A stretch of 64,000 nt of DNA from an uncultured Methanomicrobiales archaeon (lineage in GTDB: Archaea; Halobacteriota; Methanomicrobia; Methanomicrobiales; JACTUA01). The notes beneath the pieces are model-generated. The model was not told where the DNA came from and ran no database searches. It was given only the letters and a program-made list of their open reading frames with translations. Below are positions 1-9,322 of this stretch, piece by piece (within the stretch, counting starts at the first letter, position 1; every line of letters starts with the position of its first letter). Location of the stretch: NCBI GenBank assembly GCA_963712215.1, contig CAVQHA010000003.1:62675-126674 (forward strand), written 5' to 3'. Both the position numbers and the translations under genes were made by a program.

Positions 1-816
1 CGGCTACCTGGCGGTGGGACTTTGGTGACGGAAGCATTGCTGCAAACCAGAACCCATCCCATACTTACGCAAAGGCAGGGACCTACGGGGTCACCCTCAC
101 GGTGACGAACGCCTACGGGTCCTCGACGAAGACAAAGGCGGGCTACATCACGACCGGCATGCCGCCGACCGCCGATTTCACATCGGGAGCGAGAACAGGC
201 CCGGCTCCCCTGACGGTGGCATTCACCGACGCATCGAAAGGAAGGCCGACCTCATGGGCCTGGAATTTCGGTGACGGGAGCACCTCCACCGCCGTGAGCC
301 CTGCCCACACCTACACCAGTGCCGGGACTTTCACAGTGACACTCACGGTGACGAACGCCTACGGGTCTGACAGCGAGGTCAAGGCGGGCTTTGTTACCGC
401 CGGCGGTAAGCCCACCGCGGACTTCACCGCCAACGAGCGGCGCGGGGTCAAGCCCTTCACCGTGATGTTCACCGACCTCTCGACCGGGAACCCCACAACT
501 TGGAAATGGGACTTCGGCGACGGGACCACGTGCCACCGAGCAGAACCCGACGCACGTGTACCAGGCCGAGGGTGCATATGATGTCACCCTCACGGTATCG
601 AACAGCTACGGTTCCGACACCGAGAAGAAGACCGGAGCCAGCCCCATCGTGACAATCCCCATGGCCACCCCGACAGCAGCTGCCACGACCCAGGCAGCCC
701 AGGGGACCACAGCCGCAACGACCGCAATACCCCAGGAGACCGCGACACCCGGGTTCGAGGGCATCCTCGCCATCACCGGCCTCGCGGCGATCATCTACCT
801 GGCAAAGAGACAATAA
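1..816 (+). CDS. PKD-repeat cell-surface protein with PGF-CTERM sorting signal (5' partial, frameshift near 531)
   Basis: Repeated WxWDFGDG / VTLTVTN PKD motifs in the frame running from the window edge; shifts frame near 531 into a Thr/Ala-rich linker, TPGF, a TM helix and basic tail (PGF-CTERM). Confidence 0.9.
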
Positions 817-947
817 ATCCCTTTTTTCCGCGTATTCAGGAAAGCCCGTAGGGAACTCTTCCCGGCCGGTTATTCCTTGAAGAAGCCCCGTTCTCTCACC
901 TGTTCATCCTGCTCGATCCCCGATCAGGGGAATGCCGGAACCTGCCC

Positions 948-1707
948 CTAGCACTGGCACCGCTCGAAGAAGAAGGCACCGAGGGCGACCATGACGAGTG
1001 AGAAGAGGGCGAGGATGCCGAGATCGAGGAGGAGGGGGAAGGCTCGAGATGCCGAGAAGGGCGCCCCGGAGCCCGTCCACCCCGTAGGTGAGAGGATCAA
1101 GATAAGCGAAGACCTGGGCCTGGGCAGGAAGGTTCGCGACGGGAAAAAGGGCGCCCGAGAGGAGGAAGAGGGGGAAGACGATGAAGTTCGTGATCATGTT
1201 GAACCCGTGGATGTCCTTCATGTTGGAGGCGAAGACGAGGCCGAGGCTGATGAAGATGACCGAGATGAGGAGCATGAAGAGGACGGCGGCAGGACCCGGG
1301 ATTATGCCGTGGATAGAGAACCCCAGCGGGATGGAGAGGAGGAGGATGGTCGCCCCCTGGATGAGGGAGGTGGTCGCCCCCCCGGCGATCCGGCCGAGGA
1401 CGATGGAGACCCGGCTCACGGGTGCGACCATGATCTCCTTCAGGAAGCCGAACTCACGGTCCCAGAGGACCGAGATCCCCGAGAAGGTCGAGGAGAAGAG
1501 GAGGGTCATCCCGACGATTCCGGGCACGAGGAACTGGATGTAGTTCACCCCGGCGGGGAGGTTGGGGAGCTGGGCACGGGAGAACCCGAAGCCGAGGAAT
1601 GCCATAAAGAAGAGCGGCATCCCCAGGGTCCCGATGACACGGGACTTTGCCCTCACGAACCGGGTCATCTCTCTCAGCCAGAGCACATAGATGGCGATCC
1701 CGATCAC
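948..1707 (-). CDS. ABC-2 type (DrrB-like) exporter permease, frameshift near 1035
   Basis: GTG start overlaps the ATPase stop; DREFGFLKEIMVAPVSR and LSGALFP motifs; removing one C from the homopolymer near 1035 restores a final TM helix ending TAG at 948. Confidence 0.85.
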
Positions 1708-2699
1708 CGGAGCAGCCTCCTCGTGATGAGCTCCTTCCTCGACTCTGTCGCCGATACCTCCCTCTCCCGGATCGAGCGCCCCGTGAAGTGGATGAAGACA
1801 TCCTCGAGGCTCGGTTTCCGCAGGAGGACCGAGTTCACGTGGATCCCACGGCTCTGGGCGATGGAGACGAGCTCGGGGACCCTCCGTTCCCCTGCCTCGA
1901 CGGTGACCGTAACCTCCCCGTTGTGCTCCTTCGCGCCCTTCACCCAGGGGATGTCCCCGAGGAGAGGGAGAAAGCCGGTCCCCGTCCCCTCGACCTCCAG
2001 GGTGATCACGTCGCCCCCGAGGACGTCTTTCAGGCCCGAGGGGCTGCCCATGGCGACGATCTTTCCCCTGTCGATGATGGCCACCCGTCCCGAGAGGTAG
2101 TCCGCCTCTTCCATGTAGTGGGTGGTGAGGATGATGGTGACCCCCTCCTCGCGGTTCATGCGACGGATATACTCCCATATCCTCCGCCGGGTCTGGGCAT
2201 CGAGCCCGAGGGTCGGCTCGTCGAGGAAGAGGACCGACGGGTGGTGGATGAGCCCCCTCGCAATCTCCAGCCTGCGCTTCATCCCCCCCGAGTAGTTCTG
2301 GACGAGGACGTTCGCCCTCTCGGTGAGCTCCACGAGCTCGAGGACCTCGGCTATCCGCCGGGACCGCTCGGCCCGGGAGAGGCCGTACATCATCCCGTGG
2401 AAGTCCAGGTTCTCCCTGCCCGTGAGGTCCTTGTCGAGTGCAGGCTCCTGGAAGACCACCCCGATATGCCGGCGGACCGCATCCTTCTCCCGCGAGACAT
2501 CGAATCCCGCTACCGAGGCGCTCCCCGAGGTGAGGGGGAGGAGCGTGATGAGCATGTTGATGATGGTCGTCTTCCCCGCGCCGTTCGGCCCGAGGAGGGC
2601 GAAGAGCTCCCCGTTCTCCACGGTGAAGGAGATGGCATCCACGGCCGTGAGGGTCTCGAACCGCCTGGTGAGGTTCTCGACGGTGATAGCTGCTGCCAT
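1704..2699 (-). CDS. ABC exporter ATP-binding protein (DrrA-like)
   Basis: Walker A GPNGAGKTT, signature YSGGMKRR, Walker B LFLDEPT, C-terminal PSLEDVF. Confidence 0.95.
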   Translation of the reverse strand: MAAAITVENLTRRFETLTAVDAISFTVENGELFALLGPNGAGKTTIINMLITLLPLTSGSASVAGFDVSREKDAVRRHIGVVFQEPALDKDLTGRENLDFHGMMYGLSRAERSRRIAEVLELVELTERANVLVQNYSGGMKRRLEIARGLIHHPSVLFLDEPTLGLDAQTRRRIWEYIRRMNREEGVTIILTTHYMEEADYLSGRVAIIDRGKIVAMGSPSGLKDVLGGDVITLEVEGTGTGFLPLLGDIPWVKGAKEHNGEVTVTVEAGERRVPELVSIAQSRGIHVNSVLLRKPSLEDVFIHFTGRSIREREVSATESRKELITRRLLR

Positions 2700-2892
2700 G
2701 ATCCCCAGCTCCCTGAGGTGGATCTCGACCCCGTGCACAATAAACGTGCCCTGCAGATCATGGGGTGAGCCTGCCGGATCTCCCCCCAGTCTCCGAAAGC
2801 CGGGGCACAGGGCGGAGATCCCGCCTTCGGGCTGATCAGCTTAATGGAAAAAAGTATGTTCCGGTATTTCGTCAACCGAAGGGGGGATGAGA

Positions 2893-3339
2893 TCAGGATG
2901 CCGCAGTAACCGGGATCCTGAGCTGGTATGTTGCCGGGCCCCGCCTGGGTGCGAACCGCGTCTTCTCCCCGGGCACCTCAGCGACCATTGCATACCGGCT
3001 CACGCCCGAAAGAACCGAGCGGAGGGCCCGCAGGGAGATGGTATACCTGTCGGACGCGAAAAACTCTATGTTCACCGCTTTTCCGGAACGGGACACCGCC
3101 GCGACCCCTTCCACTCCGTCAAGGTAGAACCTCCAGTTCCTCCTGAGCCTCTCGACCCGTGCCTGTGCCCCGCCTCCGAGGAGCCCCTCGATCTCGGAGG
3201 CCCGGACCCCGAACCGCATGCCCCGGATATGCAGGGTGAGGACCTCCTCCTCGTTCCCCTCACCGTCAAGGACCCGCGACCGGTCCATGAGGATATACCC
3301 GACGTTCTCCATGCTCATCTCCGACCTCCTCTCTATCAC
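2893..3339 (-). CDS. hypothetical protein
   Basis: 148-aa ORF with protein-like composition and an AT-rich TATA-like patch just upstream (about 3357-3364). Confidence 0.6.
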   Translation of the reverse strand: MIERRSEMSMENVGYILMDRSRVLDGEGNEEEVLTLHIRGMRFGVRASEIEGLLGGGAQARVERLRRNWRFYLDGVEGVAAVSRSGKAVNIEFFASDRYTISLRALRSVLSGVSRYAMVAEVPGEKTRFAPRRGPATYQLRIPVTAAS

Positions 3340-3432
3340 TCGGTTGCCGGGATGAGTATATAATGGCTCGATGGGCGCGGGGTGAAAGTGAACGGTCGGC
3401 GGAGATGACGGTCGGGAGAGGGGTTGCCACGC

Positions 3433-3628
3433 GAGGGCATTCGCGGGGAGTGGATGACGTCGGGGGAAGACTTCACGTGGCCGTGGGGGTCTTCAGATGA
3501 GGGCGTTCACGGGGAGCGAACGACCGCGGAGGAAGGGTTCACGCCGGGTGTAAGGGCTTCAGATGTGGGCATTCGCGGGGAGCGAATGACCGCGGAGAAA
3601 GACCTTCACGATGTGAAGGTCTTTAGAC
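3433..3628. repeat. three imperfect 66-bp tandem repeats, each with palindromic arms
   Basis: Units start at 3433, 3499, 3565 (GxGGGCxTTCxCGGGGAG...GAC...TTCAC...CTTxAGA); unit 3 has CATTCGC/GCGAATG and a perfect 12-bp stem AAAGACCTTCAC-gat-GTGAAGGTCTTT. Confidence 0.8.
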
Positions 3629-4207
3629 AAGGGCCTGTATGCCTGCCACGATGATCTTCACCGCGATGGCGGCGACGAGCATCCCGAGGACCTTCCCCAT
3701 GACATCGGTGACCGTCTCCCCGAGGAGGTGTTCGATCAGGGTTGCGTACCTGAGGACGAGCCAGCAGGCCGCGAGGGAGATGGCGGATGCAAGAGCAACC
3801 ACGGGAATTCCAAATTCCTTTGAGAAGAGGAGAACGGTGGTGATGGTCCCCGGCCCGCAGAGGAGGGGGGTCCCGATGATGACCGATGCCGAGGACTGGG
3901 TCTTCTTCGCGGTCCCGAGGGTGATCCCGAGGGTCTCCTGCAGACCGAGGAGGAAGAGGAAGATCCCCCCCGCCACCTGGAATGTGGCGAGGGTAATCCC
4001 GAGAGTCTCGAAGATCACGAAGTTCCCGAAGAGGAAGAGGTACATGAGGGCTCCGGCGACCCCAATGGCGACCCCTGCCTCACGACTCACCTCCCGGGAA
4101 CTCTTCCCCTTTGTCATGGAGGCGAAGATAGGGACCGAAAGGATGGGGTCAAGGATGATGATGAGAGCGAGGGTGGTATAGAGGATCGCCCCGAGCACCG
4201 CGTCCAT
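3623..4207 (-). CDS. marC: MarC family integral membrane protein
   Basis: ILDPILSVPIF, FQVAGGIFLF and PLLCGPGTITT motifs; six hydrophobic segments. Confidence 0.9.
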   Translation of the reverse strand: MDAVLGAILYTTLALIIILDPILSVPIFASMTKGKSSREVSREAGVAIGVAGALMYLFLFGNFVIFETLGITLATFQVAGGIFLFLLGLQETLGITLGTAKKTQSSASVIIGTPLLCGPGTITTVLLFSKEFGIPVVALASAISLAACWLVLRYATLIEHLLGETVTDVMGKVLGMLVAAIAVKIIVAGIQALV

Positions 4208-4385
4208 AAAAGGTGGTTCTCCCGGAAGGGGATAAAGCTGGGGCAGAACGATCACGCCAAGGAGATGTGCCCTCTTCATTCGAGATCCTTATCAATTTTC
4301 AGGGCCTTCGCCCCTTTCGTGCTTACCTCGTCGGTTCATCACATTCGATACCATTATGAATTTTCAGGGTTCACCGGTAAAGCAC

Positions 4386-4457
4386 GCGCCGATAGTGTAG
4401 TGGTTATCACTAGGCGTTGCCAACGCCTAAACCCGGGTTCGAATCCCGGTCGGCGCA
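4386..4457 (+). tRNA. tRNA-Gly(GCC)
   Basis: Acceptor GCGCCGA/TCGGCGC, anticodon arm AGGCG-ttGCCaa-CGCCT, T-arm GGTTCGAATCC. Confidence 0.97.
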
Positions 4458-4562
4458 TGGATTCTTCTCCGGTCCTCCTCCAGGGAGCTGCACCCGCTTT
4501 CACAGAAACCTGTTATAGTCCCGGGTTGCACAGTACCCGGAAAACCGGGTTCCGGTGAAAGC

Positions 4563-5099
4563 ATGGACGAGGATACGACCTTTCTGAAATTCCGGGATCT
4601 CGTGGAACGGACCGGCCTCCCCGAGGCGGACGTGAAGAGGTTTCTCCGGGCGTTCGGCGAGTTCTTCACCTCCACAAAGCAGGGGAGGACCCGCTTCTAC
4701 TCGCCCGAGACGATCGGCCAGCTGAAGCAGATCGCCGAGCTCGATGGCATGGGGACGGCAGTCCCCACGATCCGGGGTATTCTCCGGGGTGAGCCGTCCG
4801 AAGCGGGACAGGAAGGGGATCCTGCGGCCGGCATGACGGGCGGGTCCGTCACCTATGCGGGAGAGAACCTCACCCTGGGTGTCCTCTCGGATATGAAGAA
4901 CCTCCAGGAGATGGTTGCGGATCTCGGGGAACAGGTGGCCTCCCTCGCGGGGAAGATCGCCGAGCATGAGCAGCGGCTGATAGGCCACCAGCAGCAGCTC
5001 AGGCTCCTGAGGCGGGACCTGGACGAGCAGAAGACCGAGACCCTCTCGAAGAGGATGGAAGGAAGGAACACCCCGTTCTGGAAGCGACTGTTCCCGTAG
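4563..5099 (+). CDS. MerR-like HTH protein with coiled coil and amphipathic C-terminal tail
   Basis: N-terminal HTH/wing (DLVERTGLPEADVKRFL...GRTRFYSPETI), heptad-rich C-terminal half, ends PFWKRLFP. Confidence 0.7.
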   Translation: MDEDTTFLKFRDLVERTGLPEADVKRFLRAFGEFFTSTKQGRTRFYSPETIGQLKQIAELDGMGTAVPTIRGILRGEPSEAGQEGDPAAGMTGGSVTYAGENLTLGVLSDMKNLQEMVADLGEQVASLAGKIAEHEQRLIGHQQQLRLLRRDLDEQKTETLSKRMEGRNTPFWKRLFP

Positions 5100-5235
5100 G
5101 GACGACTTTTCCCGTAAGGGAAAGGAGTCCCGCGACGCCAGTCGCAGGGAACAGGAGTAGAGCGACGAAGTCGCGATGCGACTTTTCGGAAGAAAAGGAG
5201 GCTCAGAGCAACGCGAAGTGGTGCGGGTGAAGCTC
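5084..5235. repeat. highly structured palindromic element A
   Basis: Nested stems TGTTCCC/GGGAACA, GGGAC-GA-..TTCCC-gtaa-GGGAA..-GA-GTCCC, GCGAC-gcca-GTCGC, GCGAC-gaa-GTCGC, CTTTTC-ggaa-GAAAAG. Confidence 0.65.
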
Positions 5236-5310
5236 GTCCCCGGGAAAGGCGGCCTGCGCCGGTGAATCGGCCACCGGGCCGCAATCTCTTGTTTCAAAAG
5301 GTGCCGGAAA

Positions 5311-5328
5311 CCGAAAGCTATATATTTC
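5311..5328 (+). promoter_or_regulatory. putative BRE/TATA promoter of ferritin-like/encapsulin operon
   Basis: Purine-rich CGAAAG followed by TATATATTT about 75 bp upstream of the start codon. Confidence 0.5.
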
Positions 5329-5401
5329 TTCTTACTGACGTGCACGAGAAGAGGCGGGGAATGCCCGCCCACCGTGATTCTATGACCCAATGGAGGTTTC
5401 T

Positions 5402-5764
5402 ATGCCTGAATTCCTGAACCCGTTCAATGGTATGGCTCCCGAGCGGAAGCTCACAAGGGAGGAACTGGTGCGTGCAATGCGCCAGAATCTCGCTGCCGAG
5501 GAGGAAGCGACCCACCTGTACATGGCCCATGCAGACGCGACCGATCACCCTCTCGCAAAGGCGATGCTCATCGATATCGCGAACGAGGAAAGGGTCCATG
5601 TCGGGGAGTTCGCCCGGCTCATCGCCATCCTGACCGGTGACGAGGATGCCTTCCTCGCGAAGGGTGCGAAAGAGGTGGATGACATGGCTCTCCGCATGGG
5701 AGCGAAGGAGAACCCCCCTGCACCTGCCGGCGGAGCAAAGACCGTCGGGTCGCTGAAGGAGTAA
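5402..5764 (+). CDS. encapsulin-associated ferritin-like protein with C-terminal targeting peptide
   Basis: AEEEATHLY and DIANEERVHVGEF di-iron motifs; Pro/Gly linker followed by TVGSL cargo-loading peptide; alternative start 5390. Confidence 0.9.
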   Translation: MPEFLNPFNGMAPERKLTREELVRAMRQNLAAEEEATHLYMAHADATDHPLAKAMLIDIANEERVHVGEFARLIAILTGDEDAFLAKGAKEVDDMALRMGAKENPPAPAGGAKTVGSLKE

Positions 5765-5777
5765 GGAGGCGCTGACG

Positions 5778-6566
5778 ATGGATGGAAATTACCTTGGGCG
5801 TGACGATGCCCCGATAAGCGCGGGTACCTGGGATCTCCTCGATACCGTGATGGTCGAGGCAGCGAAGGGGATCCTCTCGGGGAGGCGCCTCCTCGGCATC
5901 AGCGGGCCCTATGGCCTCGGGCTGAAATCGATCCCGATGTCGGACGGGAAGGGAAGGAAGGGGTTCATCACGAGCGAGTGCGTGCCGGTCCCCCTGCTCC
6001 AGGTCAACTTCTGCCTGGGGAAGAGGGATATCGCCGCATACGAACGGGACCATCTCGCGTTCGACGCCTGTGCGGTGGCGACGGCGGCCTGTGCCTGTGC
6101 CAGTGCGGAGGATGCCCTTCTCTTCCAGGGGGCCCCGGGTATCCCGGGCCTCCTCTCGGCGAAGGGCTCCCAGTCCGTGAAGATCTCCCCGTGGGAGGCC
6201 GCGGGTGCGGCGGCCGACGAGATCATCGGCGCCGTCACGGCGCTCGACGATGCAGGCTTCCACGGCCCGTACACCATGGGGCTTGCACCCCGTCGGTATA
6301 ACCTCCTCTTCAGGCGGTACCCGCAGGGGGAGGGGACCGAGCTCGACCACATCCGCTCTATCGTGACCGGCGGCATCTACAAGGCGCCGGTGCTCGCTGA
6401 CGGCGGCGTGCTCCTCGCCTCGGGGAAGCAGTTCGCAGAGATCGTGCTCGGGCAGGACATGTCCGTCGGGTTCATCGGCCCGGCGGAGGAGAACCTCGAG
6501 TTCTCCATCTCCGAGAGCCTCGTCCCGCTGATCCACACGCCGGACGCGGTCTGCGTCCTGAAATAA
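5778..6566 (+). CDS. family 1 encapsulin shell protein (linocin M18-like)
   Basis: YLGRDDAPIS..W, GRRLLGISGPYG, AEDALLFQG, GPY and IVLGQDMSVGF motifs; GGAGG RBS upstream. Confidence 0.95.
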   Translation: MDGNYLGRDDAPISAGTWDLLDTVMVEAAKGILSGRRLLGISGPYGLGLKSIPMSDGKGRKGFITSECVPVPLLQVNFCLGKRDIAAYERDHLAFDACAVATAACACASAEDALLFQGAPGIPGLLSAKGSQSVKISPWEAAGAAADEIIGAVTALDDAGFHGPYTMGLAPRRYNLLFRRYPQGEGTELDHIRSIVTGGIYKAPVLADGGVLLASGKQFAEIVLGQDMSVGFIGPAEENLEFSISESLVPLIHTPDAVCVLK

Positions 6567-6576
6567 GGAAAGAATT

Positions 6577-6592
6577 TCCCTTTTTTTTCTAT
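6577..6592 (+). terminator. oligo-T archaeal terminator after encapsulin
   Basis: T8 tract about 15 bp after the stop codon. Confidence 0.5.
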
Positions 6593-6644
6593 CTGGTTGT
6601 GCTGATCGAGGTTCGACCGGTATCGCACAAGAGGCCACCCCCTC

Positions 6645-7754
6645 CTAGAGACCGAGGAAGAAGATGACGACGAAGGAGACCCCCATGGCGGCGAGGCCGA
6701 TGGGAACCCCCACCCTCCCCCATTCCCTGCTCGTGATCCCGAGCTTCCCCGCGGCGAGGATATTCGGGATATTCCCCGGGATGAGCATCCCCCCCGAGAC
6801 GAGCAGGCCCATGAGAGCCGCCTTGATCTGGAGGGGGGAGAGGTAGGGCCCGATCTCGGCTGCCGTGAGGGTCGCATTGTCAAGGACCGCCGAGACCATG
6901 TTCACCCAGAAGAGCCCGTCGGCCGGGATCCCTGCCACGAACCCGAGGATGAGCGGCTTGAACCCCTCGCCCAGGAAGACGAGGGCCATGATGAATAGGT
7001 AGACCCGTGCGGCCCGGAGAGCGACCTCCGCGAGCGTGCCCCGCTCGACCCTGCAGAAGACCGGGCAGTCTCCCGGGCAGGCCGGGTACCTGACCGCGTA
7101 GACGGCGAGCAGGCCGAACGCGAGGATCCCTGGCAGGATGTAGATCCCGAGCATGCGTGCGAGGTACTCGAAACCAGCGTAGTAGGGGGCCCCCGCGAGC
7201 TTCGAGACCGCGATGGTGGAGAGGGGCTCCCCGAGAGGGGTGAGGGCCGCCCCGAGGCCGATCGCAAAGCAGGCAACCACCGTGAGCCGGATCTTGGGCT
7301 CCTTCGGCAGCGGGAGGGCGCAGAGGATCTCGATCAGGAGGATGGCAGCGAGGATGGCCGAGATGATGCTCGACAGGAGGCCGAGGCCGACGACGAGGAG
7401 GAAGGCGAGAGCCTGGAGCGGAACGGTGTTCACGACCCGCTGGACAGCCCTCTCCAGGTGGCGGTAGCCCAGGTAGATCAGGAACCCTGCGAAGAGGACT
7501 ATCTGGACGATCCCCAGGGGAACCCCGAACACCCTGCCGATGAGCACAGGGGTGGTGAGGGCTTCGAGGACGATCGCGGGCGACCAGCCGGTAGCGACCC
7601 CCGTGATGGATATAAATCCAGCAATGGTGAGGGCGGCGACCCCGCAGGCGAAGAGGAAGACCTCGAGGTTCTGCTCGATCCGGCGGACCAGGAACGGGCC
7701 GGCGAGGACGATGGCGAGGATGGCAACGAGGCCGGCGGTCGGGAGGATCTCCAT
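6645..7754 (-). CDS. DUF1646 family multi-pass membrane protein (putative ion transporter)
   Basis: IEQNLEVFLF, GLGAALTPLGEPLSTIA, SAVLDNATL, SGGMLIPGNIPNI motifs. Confidence 0.85.
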   Translation of the reverse strand: MEILPTAGLVAILAIVLAGPFLVRRIEQNLEVFLFACGVAALTIAGFISITGVATGWSPAIVLEALTTPVLIGRVFGVPLGIVQIVLFAGFLIYLGYRHLERAVQRVVNTVPLQALAFLLVVGLGLLSSIISAILAAILLIEILCALPLPKEPKIRLTVVACFAIGLGAALTPLGEPLSTIAVSKLAGAPYYAGFEYLARMLGIYILPGILAFGLLAVYAVRYPACPGDCPVFCRVERGTLAEVALRAARVYLFIMALVFLGEGFKPLILGFVAGIPADGLFWVNMVSAVLDNATLTAAEIGPYLSPLQIKAALMGLLVSGGMLIPGNIPNILAAGKLGITSREWGRVGVPIGLAAMGVSFVVIFFLGL

Positions 7755-7925
7755 TATCTCTTCCCCGAGCCTGCCTCTCACCGCCTTGGCGGATGACAGG
7801 AGAAGCAGGGTCAGGGTACGTTTGGTGCCGGACGATTAAAAAGGAACGATCGGGATACCATGGCGATCCGCCTGACCCAATCTTTTTATCGACCCCATCC
7901 CCATGCGTACCAGGGGCAGAATACC

Positions 7926-8528
7926 ATGAAGAAGGTCGCTGTCATCGATTATGGCCTCGGGAACCTCCGAAGCGTGATGCGGGGGCTCGAGCGTGCGGGC
8001 GCAGAGGTTTCGATTACCTCCGACGCCCCCGAGATCGAGGCAGCGGACGGGATCGTTCTCCCGGGGGTAGGGGCATTCCGGGACGGCATGGAGATGCTCG
8101 GCGATCTCAGGGCCACCGTCACTTCCCTCGCCGGAAAAGTCCCGATGCTCGGGATCTGCCTGGGTATGCAGATGCTCGCCGAATGGAGCGAGGAGCACGG
8201 GGTCCACGAGGGGTTGGGCCTCGTGCCCGGCGGGGTGCGCCGGTTCCCCACCGAACCAGGCTTCAAGGTCCCCCACATGGGGTGGAACACCATCCGGAAG
8301 GTCAGGGACGATCCCCTCTTCGACGGCCTCAAACCGGACGAGTACGTGTACTTCGTCCACTCCTATTATTTTGACACGCCGGAGGAGTTCGCCGTTACAG
8401 AGACGGATTATATCGTACCCTTTGCCTCATCGGTCTGCCACGGCACAGTCTACGGGGTGCAGTTCCACCCCGAGAAGAGCGGTGACGTGGGGCTCCGGAT
8501 CCTGAAAAATTTTATCGGGATGTTGTGA
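7926..8528 (+). CDS. hisH: imidazole glycerol phosphate synthase glutaminase subunit
   Basis: IDYGLGNLRSV, LPGVGAF, GICLGMQ, YFVHSY, QFHPEKS. Confidence 0.97.
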   Translation: MKKVAVIDYGLGNLRSVMRGLERAGAEVSITSDAPEIEAADGIVLPGVGAFRDGMEMLGDLRATVTSLAGKVPMLGICLGMQMLAEWSEEHGVHEGLGLVPGGVRRFPTEPGFKVPHMGWNTIRKVRDDPLFDGLKPDEYVYFVHSYYFDTPEEFAVTETDYIVPFASSVCHGTVYGVQFHPEKSGDVGLRILKNFIGML

Positions 8529-8537
8529 AGGGTTCCC

Positions 8538-9236
8538 TCAGCCTTTCCTTGCCCGGTGCCACACCCACATCTCGTATCCCACCATCAGGAGGATCACGAG
8601 TGCCCCTCCGAGGAAGAAGACGAGGGGTAGGGGAAGAGGGAAGGGTGCGGCGGGTGTGGCAGCCCACTCCTGGATACCCGCCGTCACCTGGGTCCCCTCC
8701 GGCGTCGGCGTCAGGTTCGCGGCACCCTTGAGGAGGTGATCGGCTGCGTTGCCGGCCTCGGGCGCCGCCCGGGGCAGGGTTGAGGGGAGTGCGCTCTGGA
8801 AAGCAGGGGATGCCACCGGTGTAAAGGACGGGCCAAGGAGGGCAAGGACGATGCTCGCGAGGATCACCACCGCGAAGAGCGACCCGTACCTGAGGAGAAT
8901 ACCCTTCAGGTCACCTCCGTGCGGGACCACGATGAGCATCTGGTCGCGGAGACCGTAGACCTTCACTTCGCGCCCTTTCTGCGACCACCGGCGCTCGACC
9001 ACGTTGATGATCCCCGCGTCCACCAGGTTCTCCAGGTGGTACTGGACGGTAGTGATGGGGATCGAGAGTGCCTCGGCGATCTGGTTGGAGGCATGGCCCC
9101 CGTCCTTCAGGAGATGAAGGATCTCGCCCGCCGTTTTACTCGAGATGGCCTTTGCGATCTTCTGGGCCTTCTCGTCGCCGGGCTCGAGGATGACGACACC
9201 ACCGCCCTGCGTCGGGGGGGACGTGCCATCAGGCAT
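8538..9236 (-). CDS. ArsR-like winged-HTH regulator with two TM segments
   Basis: IAKAISSKTAGEIL...TTVQYHLENL...WSQKGREVKVY, then two hydrophobic helices. Confidence 0.8.
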   Translation of the reverse strand: MPDGTSPPTQGGGVVILEPGDEKAQKIAKAISSKTAGEILHLLKDGGHASNQIAEALSIPITTVQYHLENLVDAGIINVVERRWSQKGREVKVYGLRDQMLIVVPHGGDLKGILLRYGSLFAVVILASIVLALLGPSFTPVASPAFQSALPSTLPRAAPEAGNAADHLLKGAANLTPTPEGTQVTAGIQEWAATPAAPFPLPLPLVFFLGGALVILLMVGYEMWVWHRARKG

Positions 9237-9322
9237 GGAGCACCTCCCGTATGAAGGTGGAGGGCCTCCCTGCCGCTAGGCAGGAGGGGTCCATACGGGC
9301 AAGTATGGGCCACTTCATGGCA

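Noticed and set aside
3433-3628. CRISPR mini-array (66-bp period)
   Set aside because: The whole unit is similar between copies, so there are no unique spacers, and no cas genes are present
4386-6566. Provirus integrated at tRNA-Gly (HK97-fold shell nearby)
   Set aside because: Shell is an encapsulin with a cargo gene; no integrase, terminase, portal or att duplication seen
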